A stretch of DNA of 64,000 nt, taken from Mobula hypostoma (lineage: Eukaryota). The position numbers and the translations under genes are program-made. The notes beneath the pieces were generated by a model, which did not search any database, had not been told where the DNA came from, and saw only the letters and a program-made list of their open reading frames with translations. This document shows, one piece after another, positions 63,193-64,000 of this stretch (the first letter of the stretch is position 1; every line of letters begins with the position of its first letter). Location of the stretch: NCBI RefSeq assembly GCF_963921235.1, contig NC_086097.1, forward strand, positions 159,466,001 to 159,530,000, in the 5' to 3' direction.

Positions 63193-64000
63193 ACGTGAAA
63201 TGAACTATTGGAAGTATAACATAGAGGACTGCAGAGAAGCTAAGAAAACCATGTTCACTCAATGAATTTTGGTGTTTGTTACTCATTGTCTGACAGGATT
63301 GTGGGGGCAGAAACTCTTGCCACTTTTAAACATAAGTTGATGAACATGTGAAAAGCCATAATACATGGGGCTAAGGAGAAAGGGCTGAGTAATGACAATT
63401 ATTTGAATTCCCTATTTGGCTTGCATGGAAACAGTGGGCCAAATAGCCGCATTCTGTGTTGTAAGCATCTTTGGTATCATGGATATATTAATGTATTGCA
63501 CATTTAGGACACTGAACTAAGAAACATCTCTCTGGAGGGTTACTGGGGATTACTGATCTGCCTGATGTCACATAAAAATAATAGGTCTTCCTTAAAATGT
63601 CCAGAAATGTTCTTGCTACCACAAGTCACAATTGATCATGGCTATGAATAATTCATTATCTTCATTGACAGTAAATTCATTATGTTAATTATGAGGCAAC
63701 TAAACTCTTCTAAAATATTGTTCACTACTGCAGTCACCACAATCCAAGAGCCCCATTTTCTAAACCTAAACTGTGACTGATGCCAACTGTAACAGGTTTG
63801 TGCTTTACAAATAAATCACATTTTGACAACCATAACCTTAGTGACTGTTCTTTAGCCGAGACACTGAATGTCAGCTGGTGATTTGACTGTATTTTCACTT
63901 GTTCTACTGCACTTAATTCCCAGTAAGACTCTCTTGGAGCATAATCCATGCCCCCAGGGATGCTGAGCTACTTCCACTGTTTCCAAAGTTAAACATAACA

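Noticed and set aside
1..64000. Prokaryotic retron, DGR or defence system suggested by RT and GIY-YIG domains
   Set aside because: All RTs are fragmented eukaryotic non-LTR or PLE types with TSDs and tails; there is no operon structure

Overview
Eukaryotic, vertebrate-type genomic DNA made mostly of nested transposable elements. The repeat mix suggests a cartilaginous fish such as a shark or ray; this is an inference, not verified. Elements present: CR1, Rex-Babar, L1, RTE and Nimb LINEs, Penelope-like elements (PLEs), V-SINEs, a mariner-derived MITE, a solo LTR and non-autonomous LINE derivatives. Almost all listed ORFs are TE fragments or their antisense shadows. In the unique islands between repeats I can chain ten short, phase-compatible GT-AG exons on the minus strand (59575 down to 7513). 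They give the 263-aa C-terminal part of a host protein I cannot name, so the window looks like the introns of one gene. Main highlights: (1) PLE 3' repeats carry minimal type I hammerhead ribozyme motifs that look able to fold only as dimers; (2) PLEs recur as TSD-flanked fold-back insertions of 0.2-2.2 kb, with a ~35-nt tail on only one arm; (3) two deep nests at 12.8-19.0 kb and 33.9-48.4 kb can be fully resolved; (4) twin-priming-type 5' inversions occur in both an L1 and an RTE; (5) a PLE sits exactly at a predicted splice acceptor, and a hairpin covers a predicted splice donor. All coordinates were read by eye and no database searches were run.
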